Shown: positions 12,955 through 25,942 of the stretch, piece by piece
Numbering within the stretch: the first letter of the stretch is position 1
Layout of the letters: the number at the start of each line of letters is the position of its first letter
DNA from: Octopus vulgaris
Lineage: Eukaryota
Length of the DNA stretch: 64,000 bases
Direction of reading: 5' to 3'
Assembly (NCBI GenBank): GCA_951406725.2
Contig: OX597816.1
Span: 5,642,001 to 5,706,000, forward strand
Notes under the pieces: generated by a model
What the model saw: the letters and a program-made list of their open reading frames with translations, nothing else
Database searches by the model: none
Told to the model about the DNA's origin: nothing
Position numbers and translations under genes: made by a program

Positions 12955-13809
12955 CATGTATGTATGTATTTATGTTTCTGTGTTTGTCACCCATCATCGC
13001 TTTGGAGCCGATGTTGGTGTTTTCGTCCCCGTAACCTAGGGTACTAGGGTTACAAAGAATAGGTCTCGGGTTCGATTTGTTCGACTAAAGGTAGTACTCC
13101 AGCATGGCCGCATTAAAGTAACTGAAAGAAACAAAATAATAAAAGAATATGTATATATATACATATATAGAGAGAGAGATGGCATTCAGATATGTAGGAT
13201 GATTTGAACACTTTTGATCAGAACAGATTAAAGCAGGTAAATATCAGTTTCAAAGTTTGGCACAAGGCCCGCCATTTCGGGGAGTGATACGTCGGCGGAT
13301 CTTCGAGTCGTTTTGTAAAGATGGACGAAATTCCACTACACATTTTTCCCAACGTGCTAAAGATACTACCAGCTCGCATCACAGGTAAATATTGCTTTCA
13401 AATTTTGCCACAAAACTAGTAAATTCGGGTAGAGGGGCACTCGATTACATCGACCCCCAGTGTTCAAGGGGCATTTATTTTTTCGAACATAAAAGGAAGG
13501 AAGGAAGGAAGGAAGGCAAAGTCGACATCGGCAGAATGCTACGAAATATCAACATGAAACAATGTCGCATTTGCTACAGTATGGGCCAATCTCAAGGCAG
13601 TCTAAATAAACATTTCAAGGGTCATCAAGATCAGACGCAACACCCAGTTCAAGCTACACCAAGACTGGTGCACACTTCATGCTGGCGTCTCTTAACAAAT
13701 ACGTCTGCTTCAAGAAGCCACATCAGATCTCATGCCAGAACCGTGCATCGTGTCTACGGAAGCGATCATTCTTTGTCTTTAGCAGACAGGCAACGTTCGT
13801 ACACATTGC

Positions 13810-13868
13810 ATACATACATATTAGATACACACACACACACACATATATGTGTATATATATATATGTAT

Positions 13869-13925
<57 letters not shown>

Positions 13926-13995
13926 TATATACCTATATATACACATATATTATCTATATGTATATATTTATATATATAAATACATATATATACAC

Positions 13996-14057
<62 letters not shown>

Positions 14058-14140
14058 ATATATATGTATGTATATATAAATATAAACATATAGATAATAT
14101 GTGTATATATGTATATATATTTATATATATATATGTATAC

Positions 14141-14189
<49 letters not shown>

Positions 14190-14287
14190 CATATATACCT
14201 GTGTGTATCTAATATGTATGTATGTATGTATACATACATACATACATACATACATACATACATACATACATACATACATACATACAC
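13810..14287. repeat. TA/CA/CATA compound microsatellite
   Basis: Direct reading. Confidence 0.95.
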
Positions 14288-15702
14288 TCTTGTGCGAAAT
14301 TAGCAGTTTATCACCTGCAAAGTATATGCGGCAATAGAAATCCGTTCGTTGCAGATATTTAATGTTTCCGTATTAGAAATTTCACACCCTCAGGGTAAAT
14401 TCAGACACTGGAATTGACAAATGGAAGCGGAGATATTTAGTTCTGATGAATGGTACACATTTATTCCAAGGTTAAGCAATGTCAATAGTCTGGCTTTGAT
14501 TAAAAGACACGAAAATCTCAGAGATTGCGACGGAATAAAGAGACAGCTTCAAAGTGGATGAACTCACACACGCACGTGTGGATGTGTGTGAGCATCTAAA
14601 AACGCACGCGCTAGCTGTTGTAACAGCGGTACGATACCGTTTCGATAAGCAGTCGCCTGATCACATTAAGCAGATGTCATTACAATATCTGACCATTGAC
14701 ATTCATTACCGGGTAACTTTAATCTGTTCTAACTAATGAGCTCGGGGGACGCCCAAATGTACACACATACGCACGTGTATCACATATGTCGAATTCTTTG
14801 GAGCAGAGCAAAACAAAGGCAATGTGTAGTCTTGGTTGTGGCAAATTGTTACTCCTCCCCCTCGTATATTTACGTTACTCCTCCCCTCATATATTTATGT
14901 ACAGTTTCAATTTGTGTGCTGCCATCCACTTAAATTAGTTGTATTTATTAAACAGCGAATCCTCAAAGTAAACACTAAGAATACATGAAAACATATCAAC
15001 AAGAAAAAAACAAAGATGGTTGTATGAAACGTAATTTCGAACAATAGTTCAATTATGCTGAAATTATGTACTTGATTCTCTCTCTCTCTCTATAATTACC
15101 ATTCCAAACAAACATAGAGAATTGATGATTTATGTTATGAAATAAACTTTCATAGCATCAAAATTACGTTGGCCATTGTTTCCAAAAACAATAAATTCAT
15201 TCGCGTGTAACAATATATAGATTTTGTTAAATTAACGCATAGAAAGAAAACAAAAATTATATTTGTCTGCGATGCAATTTTCCAAATTAGATTCTTGTCT
15301 GTGTATATATTTTTTTATTAGATTACACATGCGACGATTCCAAAACTTGCAGCATGAGAAAACACAGTCAACAGACATTTGTGGTTATTTGGTTTTTGTG
15401 TGTCTCTAAATATGAAACGGAATCAGCAAAGAAACCATTCCAGAAAATGTGGTATTCAGTGAAAGACTACCAAAGTCTCCATTTTGTTTTAGGATTTTAC
15501 GAGTAACAAAACTCACCTTACGTAACAGTGGCTTTCTATGTTTCAATTGTCGTTCATTGCTGAAGTGTGCGAAATATACATACATACGTATATACATTAC
15601 ATACACATATATATATGTCTATATATATATATGTATATTTATATATGTGTATATATATATATATGCATACATATGCACATACATATATATGTATGTGTGT
15701 GC

Positions 15703-15766
<64 letters not shown>

Positions 15767-15794
15767 GTATATATATACATATATACATATATAT

Positions 15795-15940
15795 TCCCTG
15801 TTTATTTTCTTGTGTTCCTTTCTGTTAAAGAGCGTAGGCTCGAATCGTAAAAGACTTCCACACTTTCTCGAGCGTTAAACCAATACATCTGTTTTTTGTT
15901 TACACACCTATCTTCGTTTTTTGTTTTTGTAAATTCCAAC
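15795..15940 (+). mobile_element. Short repeat with degenerate minimal hammerhead-like motif (15818-15853)
   Basis: cttt-ctgttaaa-gagc-gtag-gctc-gaatc-gta-aaag; homologous to the reverse complement of 38257-38453; TA-flanked. Confidence 0.55.
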
Positions 15941-16205
15941 TATATATACATATATAGGGTAAATTATGAAAAATCAACGAAAATGCAGATTGCAAATAAA
16001 AAATGGCTATTTATGACTGGTAACGACAAATATATACATTTAGATTGACTGTGGTAGTAATAAGAGTCATAAAAGTCATTATTATGAGATGATTATAAGA
16101 CGATAATAAAGTAAGAGAACAAAACGGACCATGGTTTACGCGAAGCTATTCATCGTATTTTATATTTTCTTTTCGTAACATATTTCTACTATATATATTT
16201 ATATT

Positions 16206-16250
<45 letters not shown>

Positions 16251-17137
16251 GAATGTCTAACGCCGATAACTGTTATCGTGCTACAAATACAAAGTAGTGG
16301 AGATTGCAGCTTTTATGGAGTTTGTAGAAAAGCGAAGAGAAAAGAACGAAAACAGAAAAAGGAAGAAAGGGCCTTTTGTTGAATGTGCAAATTGTTGCGA
16401 TGAGATAATGCTTAATTAGTTTTGGGATTAATATCTTAATCTTGGAAAGGAAAGATTATCCGAAGCTTCAGAACGGTGAACAACAGCAATAACAACAAAA
16501 GCATTATATTATTTTTTACAACCCTTCACCTTCTGTATCCTCATCCTGCTGAGGTCAGATTTGCGTTTCGTTTTTCAAGAAGTCGATAAATTAGGAAGGA
16601 ATCCAAAAGATTTTATCTCCCATATCTTTCACCAACTTGCTGATGGTCTTCAGTGTTAGAAATTATAATTATCATTTATACTTAAACAGCAGCATTATGG
16701 CGCGTGACTTAGGGATTAGAAGTTCTGCTCAGAATTATATGGTTGGAGGTTTAATTCTCGGAAGGATAGCTCAGTGTGATGTTGAGCAAGTTATTTCATT
16801 TCACGTTACGTCAGTCTACACAGTTTTAATACGTACCAGCTGGGTGCTGCTGTTTCGTCCCAATCTAGCCCCACCTGTCACATTGAGAATCAGCAAGGAA
16901 CTGAAGCAATTAACGAACACACGATGCGTATGGCGAGGCCATACGACGGGCTCCCACTGAACACTGCACTGTGGAATGCAATTGCTGAGATTGACGGGAA
17001 AAAGAGATCAGAATTAACAAACCTAACACTTCTTGATAACGCAAGTAGAAGGGCGCTGACTTCAACACAATTTATGTAATTTCTCTATCTATCTATCTCT
17101 CTTTCACTCTCTCTCCGAGTCTCTCTTTCTCTGTCAC

Positions 17138-17172
<35 letters not shown>

Positions 17173-17177
17173 ATACA

Positions 17178-17235
<58 letters not shown>

Positions 17236-17283
17236 GGCGCAGGAGTGGCTGTGTGGTAAGTAGCTTGCTTACCAACAACATGG
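17236..17283 (+). mobile_element. SINE family B 5' fragment (local duplicate of 19447)
   Basis: Identical to the 19447 head, including the private variant accaacaacatgg. Confidence 0.8.
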
Positions 17284-17307
17284 TATATACATATTTATAT
17301 ATATATA

Positions 17308-17354
<47 letters not shown>

Positions 17355-17632
17355 TTAATAAGGGTGAGAGAATTAGATACTAATTTAATAGTATATTTAT
17401 TCCACACCAAGTGGCCTAGTGCTACGAGAAACCTGGATTATTATAATATTTTATAACATATTATAATATTTTCACAAAATAAATATAAGAGAGTGGTCAC
17501 TATATTGATCACTCTAGCACCAGTTAATCCAAAAGGTTTCAACCACGAAAATACATGTTTCCCATGAAAGCCAGTACGACTGTTAGCTCACACGGACAGG
17601 GCAAATAAAAAATAACAAAAATACAGATTATT

Positions 17633-17708
17633 TTGGGACAATTGTTTCGCTATTAATGAATTAAATGTAATATTACTTACAATAATCCATTTGTAGCTCT
17701 TCAGCCAA
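17633..17708 (-). ncRNA. Type I hammerhead ribozyme
   Basis: Reverse complement of the 18618-18693 motif. Confidence 0.85.
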
Positions 17709-18165
17709 GACTATCTGGATGAAATCCACTCAATCACACGCCAGATTTTACCATAACGATAAATACGCGTGCGGTTCAATTGATTACATCGGACGTTATA
17801 ATTCAAATGCCCCAACCAACAGCGCGCCAAACTCACACGGAAAACAAATACAGCATTTAGAAATAAATGCAGCATAATTATAATTAATTAATAAGGGTGA
17901 GAGAATTAGATACTAATTTAATAGTATATTTATTCCACACCAAGTGGCCTAGTGCTACGAGAAACCTGGATTATTATAATATTTTATAACATATTATAAT
18001 ATTTTCACAAAATAAATATAAGAGAGTGGTCACTATATTGATCACTCTAGCACCAGTTAATCCAAAAGGTTTCAACCACGAAAATACATGTTTCCCATGA
18101 AAGCCAGTACGACTGTTAGCTCACACGGACAGGGCAAATAAAAAATAACAAAAATACAGATTATT

Positions 18166-18241
18166 TTGGGACAATTGTTTCGCTATTAATGAATTAAATG
18201 TAATATTACTTACAATAATCCATTTGTAGCTCTTCAGCCAA
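18166..18241 (-). ncRNA. Type I hammerhead ribozyme
   Basis: Reverse complement of the 18618-18693 motif. Confidence 0.85.
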
Positions 18242-18617
18242 GACTATCTGGATGAAATCCACTCAATCACACGCCAGATTTTACCATAACGATAAATACG
18301 CGTGCGGTTCAATTGATTACATCGGACGTTATAATTCTAATGCCCCAACAAACAGCGCGCCAAACTCACACGGATAGGCCACTTGGTGTGGAATAAATAT
18401 ACTATTAAATTAGTATCTAATTCTCTCACCCTTATTAATTAATTATAATTATGCTGCATTTATTTCTAAATGCTGTATTTGTTTTCCGTGTGAGTTTGGC
18501 GCGCTGTTGGTTGGGGCATTTGAATTATAACGTCCGATGTAATCAATTGAACCGCACGCGTATTTATCGTTATGGTAAAATCTGGCGTGTGATTGAGTGG
18601 ATTTCATCCAGATAGTC

Positions 18618-18693
18618 TTGGCTGAAGAGCTACAAATGGATTATTGTAAGTAATATTACATTTAATTCATTAATAGCGAAACAATTGTCCCAA
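18618..18693 (+). ncRNA. Type I hammerhead ribozyme
   Basis: UUGG-CUGAAGA-GCUA..(long stem II)..UAGC-GAAAC-AAUU-GUC^CCAA: canonical core, GUC cleavage triplet, palindromic stem III ACAAUUGU. Confidence 0.88.
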
Positions 18694-19150
18694 AATAATC
18701 TGTATTTTTGTTATTTTTTATTTGCCCTGTCCGTGTGAGCTAACAGTCGTACTGGCTTTCATGGGAAACATGTATTTTCGTGGTTGAAACCTTTTGGATT
18801 AACTGGTGCTAGAGTGATCAATATAGTGACCACTCTCTTATATTTATTTTGTGAAAATATTATAATATGTTATAAAATATTATAATAATCCAGGTTTCTC
18901 GTAGCACTAGGCCACTTGGTGTGGAATAAATATACTATTAAATTAGTATCTAATTCTCTCACCCTTATTAATTAATTATAATTATGCTGCATTTATTTCT
19001 AAATGCTGTATTTGTTTTCCGTGTGAGTTTGGCGCGCTGTTGGTTGGGGCATTTGAATTATAACGTCCGATGTAATCAATTGAACCGCACGCGTATTTAT
19101 CGTTATGGTAAAATCTGGCGTGTGATTGAGTGGATTTCATCCAGATAGTC

Positions 19151-19226
19151 TTGGCTGAAGAGCTACAAATGGATTATTGTAAGTAATATTACATTTAATT
19201 CATTAATAGCGAAACAATTGTCCCAA
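19151..19226 (+). ncRNA. Type I hammerhead ribozyme
   Basis: Identical to 18618-18693. Confidence 0.88.
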
Positions 19227-19377
19227 AATAATCTGTATTTTTGTTATTTTTTATTTGCCCTGTCCGTGTGAGCTAACAGTCGTACTGGCTTTCATGGGAA
19301 ACATGTATTTTCGTGGTTGAAACCTTTTGGATTAACTGGTGCTAGAGTGATCAATATAGTGACCACTCTCTTATATT

Positions 19378-19446
<69 letters not shown>

Positions 19447-19863
19447 GGCGCAGGAGTGGCTGTGTGGTAAGTAGCTTGCTTACCAACAACATGGTTCCGG
19501 GTGCAGTCCCATTGCGTGGCACCTTGGGTAACTGTCTTCAACTATAGCCTCGGGCCGACCAATGCCTTGTGAGTGGATTTGGTAGACGGAAACTGAAAGA
19601 AGCCCGTCGTATATATGTATATATATGTGTGTGTATGTGTGTGTATATGTTTGTGTGTCTGTGTTTGTCCCCCCGACATCACTTGACAACCGATGCTGGT
19701 GTGTTTACGTCGCCGTCACCTAGCGGTTCGGCAAAAGGGACTGATAGAATAAGTACTGGGCTTACAAAGAATAAGTCCCGGGGTCGATTTGCTCGACTAA
19801 AGGCGGTGCTCCAGCATGGCCACAGTCAAATGACTGAAACAAGTAAAAGAGTAAAAGAGTAAA
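19447..19863 (+). mobile_element. SINE family B, full length
   Basis: GGCGCAGGAGTGGCTGTGTGGTAAG tRNA-like head, body with internal TA/GT tract, (GTAAAAGA)n tail; many copies in the window. Confidence 0.88.
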
Positions 19864-19878
19864 GATATATATATATAC

Positions 19879-19917
<39 letters not shown>

Positions 19918-19918
19918 C

Positions 19919-19952
<34 letters not shown>

Positions 19953-19956
19953 ATAT

Positions 19957-20595
19957 AAAAAGTCAAAATGAGGGTGAAAAAATTGGATATTAATTTAATA
20001 ACATCAATTTAAACACCAGTGGCCTAGCGTATAAAAGACTGAGATTCAGTAAATATTATTAATACACAAATATGAGGGAGAATCCACTATGTGGACGCTC
20101 TTACGCTAGATATAGATCCACAAAGGGACTCAACCACTAAGAATTTTTCTCAAGAAAAATTTAGCACGCTAAGAACGTAAGCAGGCAGGACAAATGAAAA
20201 ATAACAAAAATATAGATTAACTCCATACAATTGTTTCACTGTTAATAAATTATGCAATTTTACTTACATAATTAATCCTCAGATCATCGGTGGAGTAAGT
20301 CAAAATATAATTTGTCGAACTGCACGCTATATATTAACACGAGGTCAGAGACACGAGCAGTTAGGCCGATTATATTCACAGTTACATTCTAATGCCCTCG
20401 TTCTAGAGCGCCAAATTTCCGAAAATAAATACTGCATAAGTAATTCACTGCAGTAGTTTACGCCGGTTTGAGAACATATTAATTTATAATTAAAGTCAAA
20501 AAGAGGGTGAAAAAATTGGATATTAATTTAATTTAATAACACAAATTTAAACACCAGTGGCCTAGCGCAAAAAGACTGAGATTCAGTAAATAGTA
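19957..20595 (-). mobile_element. Diverged relative of the 533-bp hammerhead element (1.2 units)
   Basis: 19961 recurs at 20494 (period 533). Shares agggtga..caccagtggcctag and other blocks with the 17346 family. Confidence 0.8.
20221..20295 (-). ncRNA. Hammerhead motif (core CCGAUGA, probably mutated)
   Basis: CUCCA-CCGAUGA-U-CUG..CAG-U-GAAAC-AAUU-GUA-UGGAG. Confidence 0.7.
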
Positions 20596-20611
20596 TTTCA
20601 TACACATTATA

Positions 20612-20710
<99 letters not shown>

Positions 20711-20749
20711 GATAGATAAATCGATAGTTAGATAGATAGATAGATAGAA

Positions 20750-22330
20750 AAGAAAGTTATTCCACACATGTAGAAATATATGAAACATGGAAGTTGAAAA
20801 TGCACTGAGGAGGGTCAAATAATTTTTTTGATTATATTTAAATATTCAACCAGTTTCAGTTTTCATTGATTTTCAAAAAGTTGAAACAGAAAAACGTGGC
20901 TTAAGTCGCAACTTTCATGCTAGTGTTTGAAGCTTGCCCTGTTTTTATAGGGAATTCATGTCTCAAATTAGTATATGTTTTGAATACGATTTGATTGGTA
21001 GAGGGTAGTCACATGACAGGTCTTAGAAATTTTTGTAGGTTCCCCGCTACGTCCGAGTGTTAGTTTCAAGTGACAATGTTGGTGTCCTAATTAAGGCTGA
21101 CATGGTTGACTGACCGTGTCGTGGCAGTACCAAACAATCAGTGTTCTGAATGTTTCCTGTCAAGAGTTTCTAGAGAATGAACACGAGATTAAGTTTAGAA
21201 CCTTTGTACGTTTTCCGCTACATCTGTGCGTTAGCGTCGCATGGCGGTATATTTTGCGCCTAAAATGAAAGCCGACACGGTTGAGTGAACATGTTTAGTT
21301 ATAGTCAAGGCACTCCAAATATAATCTGTGGATAACAGTCGTTTTTATGTAGCCCAGTGGCTAAAGTTTAGGTTGTTAGCTGTGTAGGTTCCTCGTGTTA
21401 AGTCGCAAAATGAGTTTTGTGTGTGGATAGCTATTTGTGTATGTACCCTGTTAAAGTTTGTTAAGTCTTGAGTTTGTACATTTGTATAAAATTATTTTCT
21501 TTGTTTATCCATACTTCATCTGTGGTAATCACTGAACATAGGTAGAGTGGGAAGACCTGGAATATGGGGCGTTTATTTTTTGTGCATATGTTTATGTGTC
21601 CACTCAGTGGAATCTGTCTAGAACTGGGGTCTCGTATTTGTTGTCGATGAATGGTCAGTCTATTTGTTAGTGGAAGCTTTGCTTGACCTATGTAATCTTC
21701 ATTACATCCTTAACATTTGATAACGTATATTAAATTCCTTGAAGAACATGTAAAGTGATTTTTTGCAATAAAAATCTGTCCTGATTTGAATTTCTGTGAT
21801 GTGTCTTTAATATATTTGATGTAAGTCCCGCAATTGGGGAGTCCACACTTTTTGATTGTCAGTGTAGGAATTGTGGAAGGTAATTTAGTACTTGCGAGGA
21901 ATTTTTTGAGGGACTTTTAGTGCTTTTTACTTTTGAATATCCTGTGCGTTTTAAATGCTCGTTTCATTCTTGGATCTTGTTTTAGTTGTGGGATGTTCTG
22001 GTGGATAATATTGGAAACCGCTGTATTTTTGGGGTCGTGTGTTATAATAAACGGTAGAGTATTGGATGTTGCTATATATCTTTGAATCGATTTTTGAATT
22101 GATTATGTGATAGAGACAAGAAAGAAGCGTTAACACTGTAACCGCAACAAAACTCTTTCTTAACATTTAGACACAACAGAAAAGAGGAAAATTGAAATGC
22201 TACAGTTTGTCAACAGATCGTAAAGTGTAGTTAACTGTATTGCTTATTCAAACTAAAGTATTGTCTTCAAGCAATAAATTTCGTTCGTGTGATTATGGCT
22301 TCAGACGACAACTGCCTTCCAGCATTTATA
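20750..22330 (-). mobile_element. Decayed Penelope-like retroelement (Neptune-like); may extend to ~23800
   Basis: GIY-YIG remnant, 3' non-coding region and upstream decayed coding sequence. Confidence 0.75.
21461..21940 (-). pseudogene. PLE linker, Zn-knuckle and GIY-YIG endonuclease remnant
   Basis: Manual translation: SKKH*KSLKKFL..KKCGLPNCGTY..FTCSSRNLIYVIKC*GCNEDYIGQAKLPLTNRLTIHRQQI..KENNFIQMYK. Confidence 0.85.
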
Positions 22331-22786
22331 CATGATTTATATAGACAACAGGGGAGTCCTTCTTCTGTTTATCGTTTGTCTTGACTAGTTTCTGCCGTTA
22401 TACCAGAGTGTTTTCAATGGTTGTCATCGTAACATTTGCCAATGCATTGGCTCTATTTTTTTTTATCACTGTTGTTAATTTGTATTATCTTCTTTTGTTC
22501 TAACGCCGTCATTCTGAAAATTGTTTATGTATCGTATACCTCGTCCATTTTAGCAGTAATTTTGATCTTTTATTTCGCAAACAATTTCTATTTTCGTAAA
22601 GTGTGTCGTGTTTTACTGGAAATATTAATTTATTTAGCAGGTACTGATTGGTTACTTCAATAGTTGTCCCATATAAGCTTGCTGCTTACATTATTAATAT
22701 CCTGTTTTTCAAAAGTTATCCTTCAGTCTAATTCATTTGCTGCTTGGACATGCTGGAGATATTTTTGATATAACAATTTTTTTTTT

Positions 22787-23018
22787 TATTTCTTTACTAC
22801 CCATCAGGGGCTAAACACAGAGAGGACAAACAAGGACAGAAATAGGTATTAAGTCGATTATATCGACCTCAGTGCGTAACTAGTACTTAATTTATCGACC
22901 CCGAAAGGATGAAAGGCAAAGTCGACCTCGGCGGAATTTGAACTCCGAACGAAACGGCAGACGAAATACGCCTACGCATTTCGCCCGGCGTGCTAACGTT
23001 TCTGCCAGCTCGCCGCCT
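22787..23018 (-). mobile_element. SINE family A monomer
   Basis: Family A sequence; TSD-like gatataacaatt / tataacaatt. Confidence 0.88.
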
Positions 23019-25039
23019 TAGATATAACAATTGTTTTATTCGCTATTTGTTAATTTCGATGCTGTGTATCTCTTTACCATTCGCAGACCTCCGCATCCTG
23101 AAATTGTATTTTTGTACAACTTGTTTATCAATATATTGTATTCCATTGTCCAATTCAGATGTCCTTCTTCTCTGCTAATCCTTTACGTAATGGCAACGTG
23201 ATTTGATTACGCCATTCATATTCTGTTTTTCTAAAGTTATCATTCTGTCTACCTTATTGTTCCTGAAGTACTTGCAAACCACTAAAATTCCTATAGCTAT
23301 ATTCTCTCACTATACGCATTTGTATCTCTCCTTTTATTATTTTCCGTCAGTTAATTTGTTTTGCTACTCCGTTTGTGTAGTGGTATGTTTCGGCTGCTGC
23401 GACTTCTGTAGAACTTTCATCATTACCCTGTTCGAAATTCCGACATAATTGATTCTGGTGTCTGCAAAGTAAAGTCACGCCATATCCTTTGTCGAGTAAG
23501 CATAGTTGAAATATTTTATTCATTCGTTATGTTTTTTTTCCGCCGTACACAGGCAACACATCCTGAAGTCGATAAAATATGGCACATTTTATTATTTATA
23601 TTTATATTATTCACACCGCTAAAGCCCCACAAGAACTTCGATGCGGAGTTTAGGTTATTTCTGGAAATATTACACAAAGCGGGTATGTGTTGTGCGCAAG
23701 AAACATATAACAATAAACTTGCTGTTCCCAACGTAACTTTTATTGGTCTGTTTTTTTTCCTGCAACGCTGCTACCTTGTAGATTTCTTCTCTTGGGAATT
23801 TTTATTTGAAGAATATTGCTTCGACCAGGTGTATTTGATTGTTTTTAGGATAGGGTCTGTGAGATTTTATATGCATAACTCTCTACCTATCTGCCTATCT
23901 CTATATATAGTTGACTGTATGTGTGTATGTGTGCGTGTTTGTGTCTATCTCTATGCGAGTATATTCTCTTTTAGTTTTAATTATTTATTTGAATTCTTCC
24001 TTTAAGGAAGGAGATGAGTTCTAACAAAGATACAAAACTCCTTCGTTGGAATGTAGACAACCAAAACTAATTCACAAAGTGAACTTCAGAAAGGTCTTGG
24101 ATATTTTTACTGTTCCACTAACAGATTGAACTCGTAATGTGCTTGGCAGCGGGACGATTTCTTTTTACTAAAAACATCGTCTTTTTTCCAAGTTGTCACT
24201 CGGGCATTTATCCACACAATAATATTCCCCCAGGTATTACAGGTATCAATGTGAATATATAACCTGGATACAGACGTGGATTGTTTCCAAGCAGTTGTCC
24301 GTTCTCAAAGAGATATTAACACCAGCAGAGTAGCTGACCATGTATGCATGTATGTTTGTGTTTATGTATGTGTAGAAGTGTTTATATATCTATGTGTGTA
24401 ATTTTGTATGTGCAGACGTGTTTAAGTATGTATTTGTGACTATATCTCTACTTAATCGCTTGTTTCTACACGATGACAGCACTATATCCTCACACCGAAA
24501 AATCTCTATTTTTCTTTTCCAGGTTGAATTAACAAAAAATATGCAAGAGTTCTTTGAGTCTATTCTGTTTACTGTTATACGCCAATAGTCGTCATATTTT
24601 TGCAAACTTCTGCGATTGTGTAAGGATTGCATTTCCGTTCGACAGGAAGTAATCTGAAACATCAAACTGCATGATCTTATGTGGCATATTGTAAGATAAT
24701 TGACGCAATCACAGAAGGACGCAGTGATATCGCTTTTATTAATCTCGTCGCTTGTCTAATTTTGGATGCAATACCTTCAAAGATTATTTCGCAAACTGTT
24801 CCAAATTAGCTTTTTATGCTGAGATGATTAATCCGATTAATCTTGGCTCTGATAAGAATTTGGTTTTCGGAAAAGTCAGTCTGATCTACGTGGTAACTTT
24901 CCTTGTCATTCTGCTTGGACTTTTTGCATAAATATCTTTTGTAAATATAGAGTTCTTCCCTTGGCGAACATTTATTTCCCGTTCGTCTGCCATGGAATCG
25001 TTTTATGCCTTAGCGAGGTTTATTCCACAGTTGAATTGG

Positions 25040-25335
25040 AACAGTCAAAAAGACTGGTAGGCGTGAAGAGGACAAAGATTAAGTGGCAGAAAGCAAATGA
25101 CGCAGCGAGTTATAAAAAATTCGACAACGAGGTAGCAAGAATGACCACCAAATTCAAGGACACTCGTTGACGCTACATCGGAGAAGCCAGGGAACAGAAG
25201 AAAGAAGACATGCACCCAACACCAGAGCTGAAGACACCCCCGAAAGGCGTGGAGCCACGTCAAAGCGGTAGAGGATTAGGGACCGAAACCGAACGTGATC
25301 CCTCCTGATGTCTTGAGCTAACTGGATCCTATAAA
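25040..25335 (+). mobile_element. Possible RLE-type LINE (Hero-like) remnant
   Basis: KRTKIKWQKANDAASYKKFDNEV resembles the pre-RT region of Hero elements (from memory). Confidence 0.35.
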
Positions 25336-25942
25336 GGAGCTATTGTGGTAGCAGACCGCGAAACACGGTTGCAATTCTCCTATGGGTTCTAAAATATTAT
25401 AACTTATTCATTAAAGGTGGGACATTTGACACTAGAGCACCGGATATAATGAGTTGCTATATTTGATCTTCTCTTTGAGTTCAAATCACCTCTGAGTCAA
25501 CTTTGCAAGATAAATTCGCTTGGCTGTGTAGTAAGAAGTTTGCATCTCAACCAATTGGATTCAGTTTCACTGCGGGCACGCATGCGTATGTGTGTATTCC
25601 ATTACAGCTTGACAACTGGTGGCAGTATGTTTGCGTCCCCATAACTTAGCAGTTCTGCAAAAGAGACCGATAGATTTTAAAATGTAAAAGAGACTAAGCT
25701 TTAAAAATGTCCTGGAGTCAGATTGTTCAAATAACACTTTTCAAAGCAGTGCTCCAGTAAGGCCACAGTCTAATGGCTGAAGCAAGTAAAAGATAAAGAT
25801 CATAAAAAAGAAGCAGAAAAATTATTAATTAAATCTATTTTATTAATCGTGAATAAGCAGCAGATATTTTCAGGTGAGTATCCGTGAAAGAAAGCAGAAC
25901 AGATCCAATGCTTTGGTTTTATACGTCTGTAAACAATATCCA

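Larger units (their letters stand above)
17346..19383. mobile_element. Retrozyme-like element: 533-bp units, two tandem on minus then two tandem on plus (~2-kb palindrome) inside (TA)n
   Basis: Period 533 (hammerheads at 17633/18166 and 18618/19151). The strand switches at 18374/18375. Units are nearly identical. Confidence 0.9.

Noticed and set aside
20840-20935. Expected hammerhead in the PLE 3' region
   Set aside because: Only GAAACTGGTT is recognisable on the minus strand, with no CUGANGA partner; too decayed to call.
25270-25325. GAAAC...CTGATG near the end of the Hero-like remnant
   Set aside because: Incomplete core and no convincing stems.
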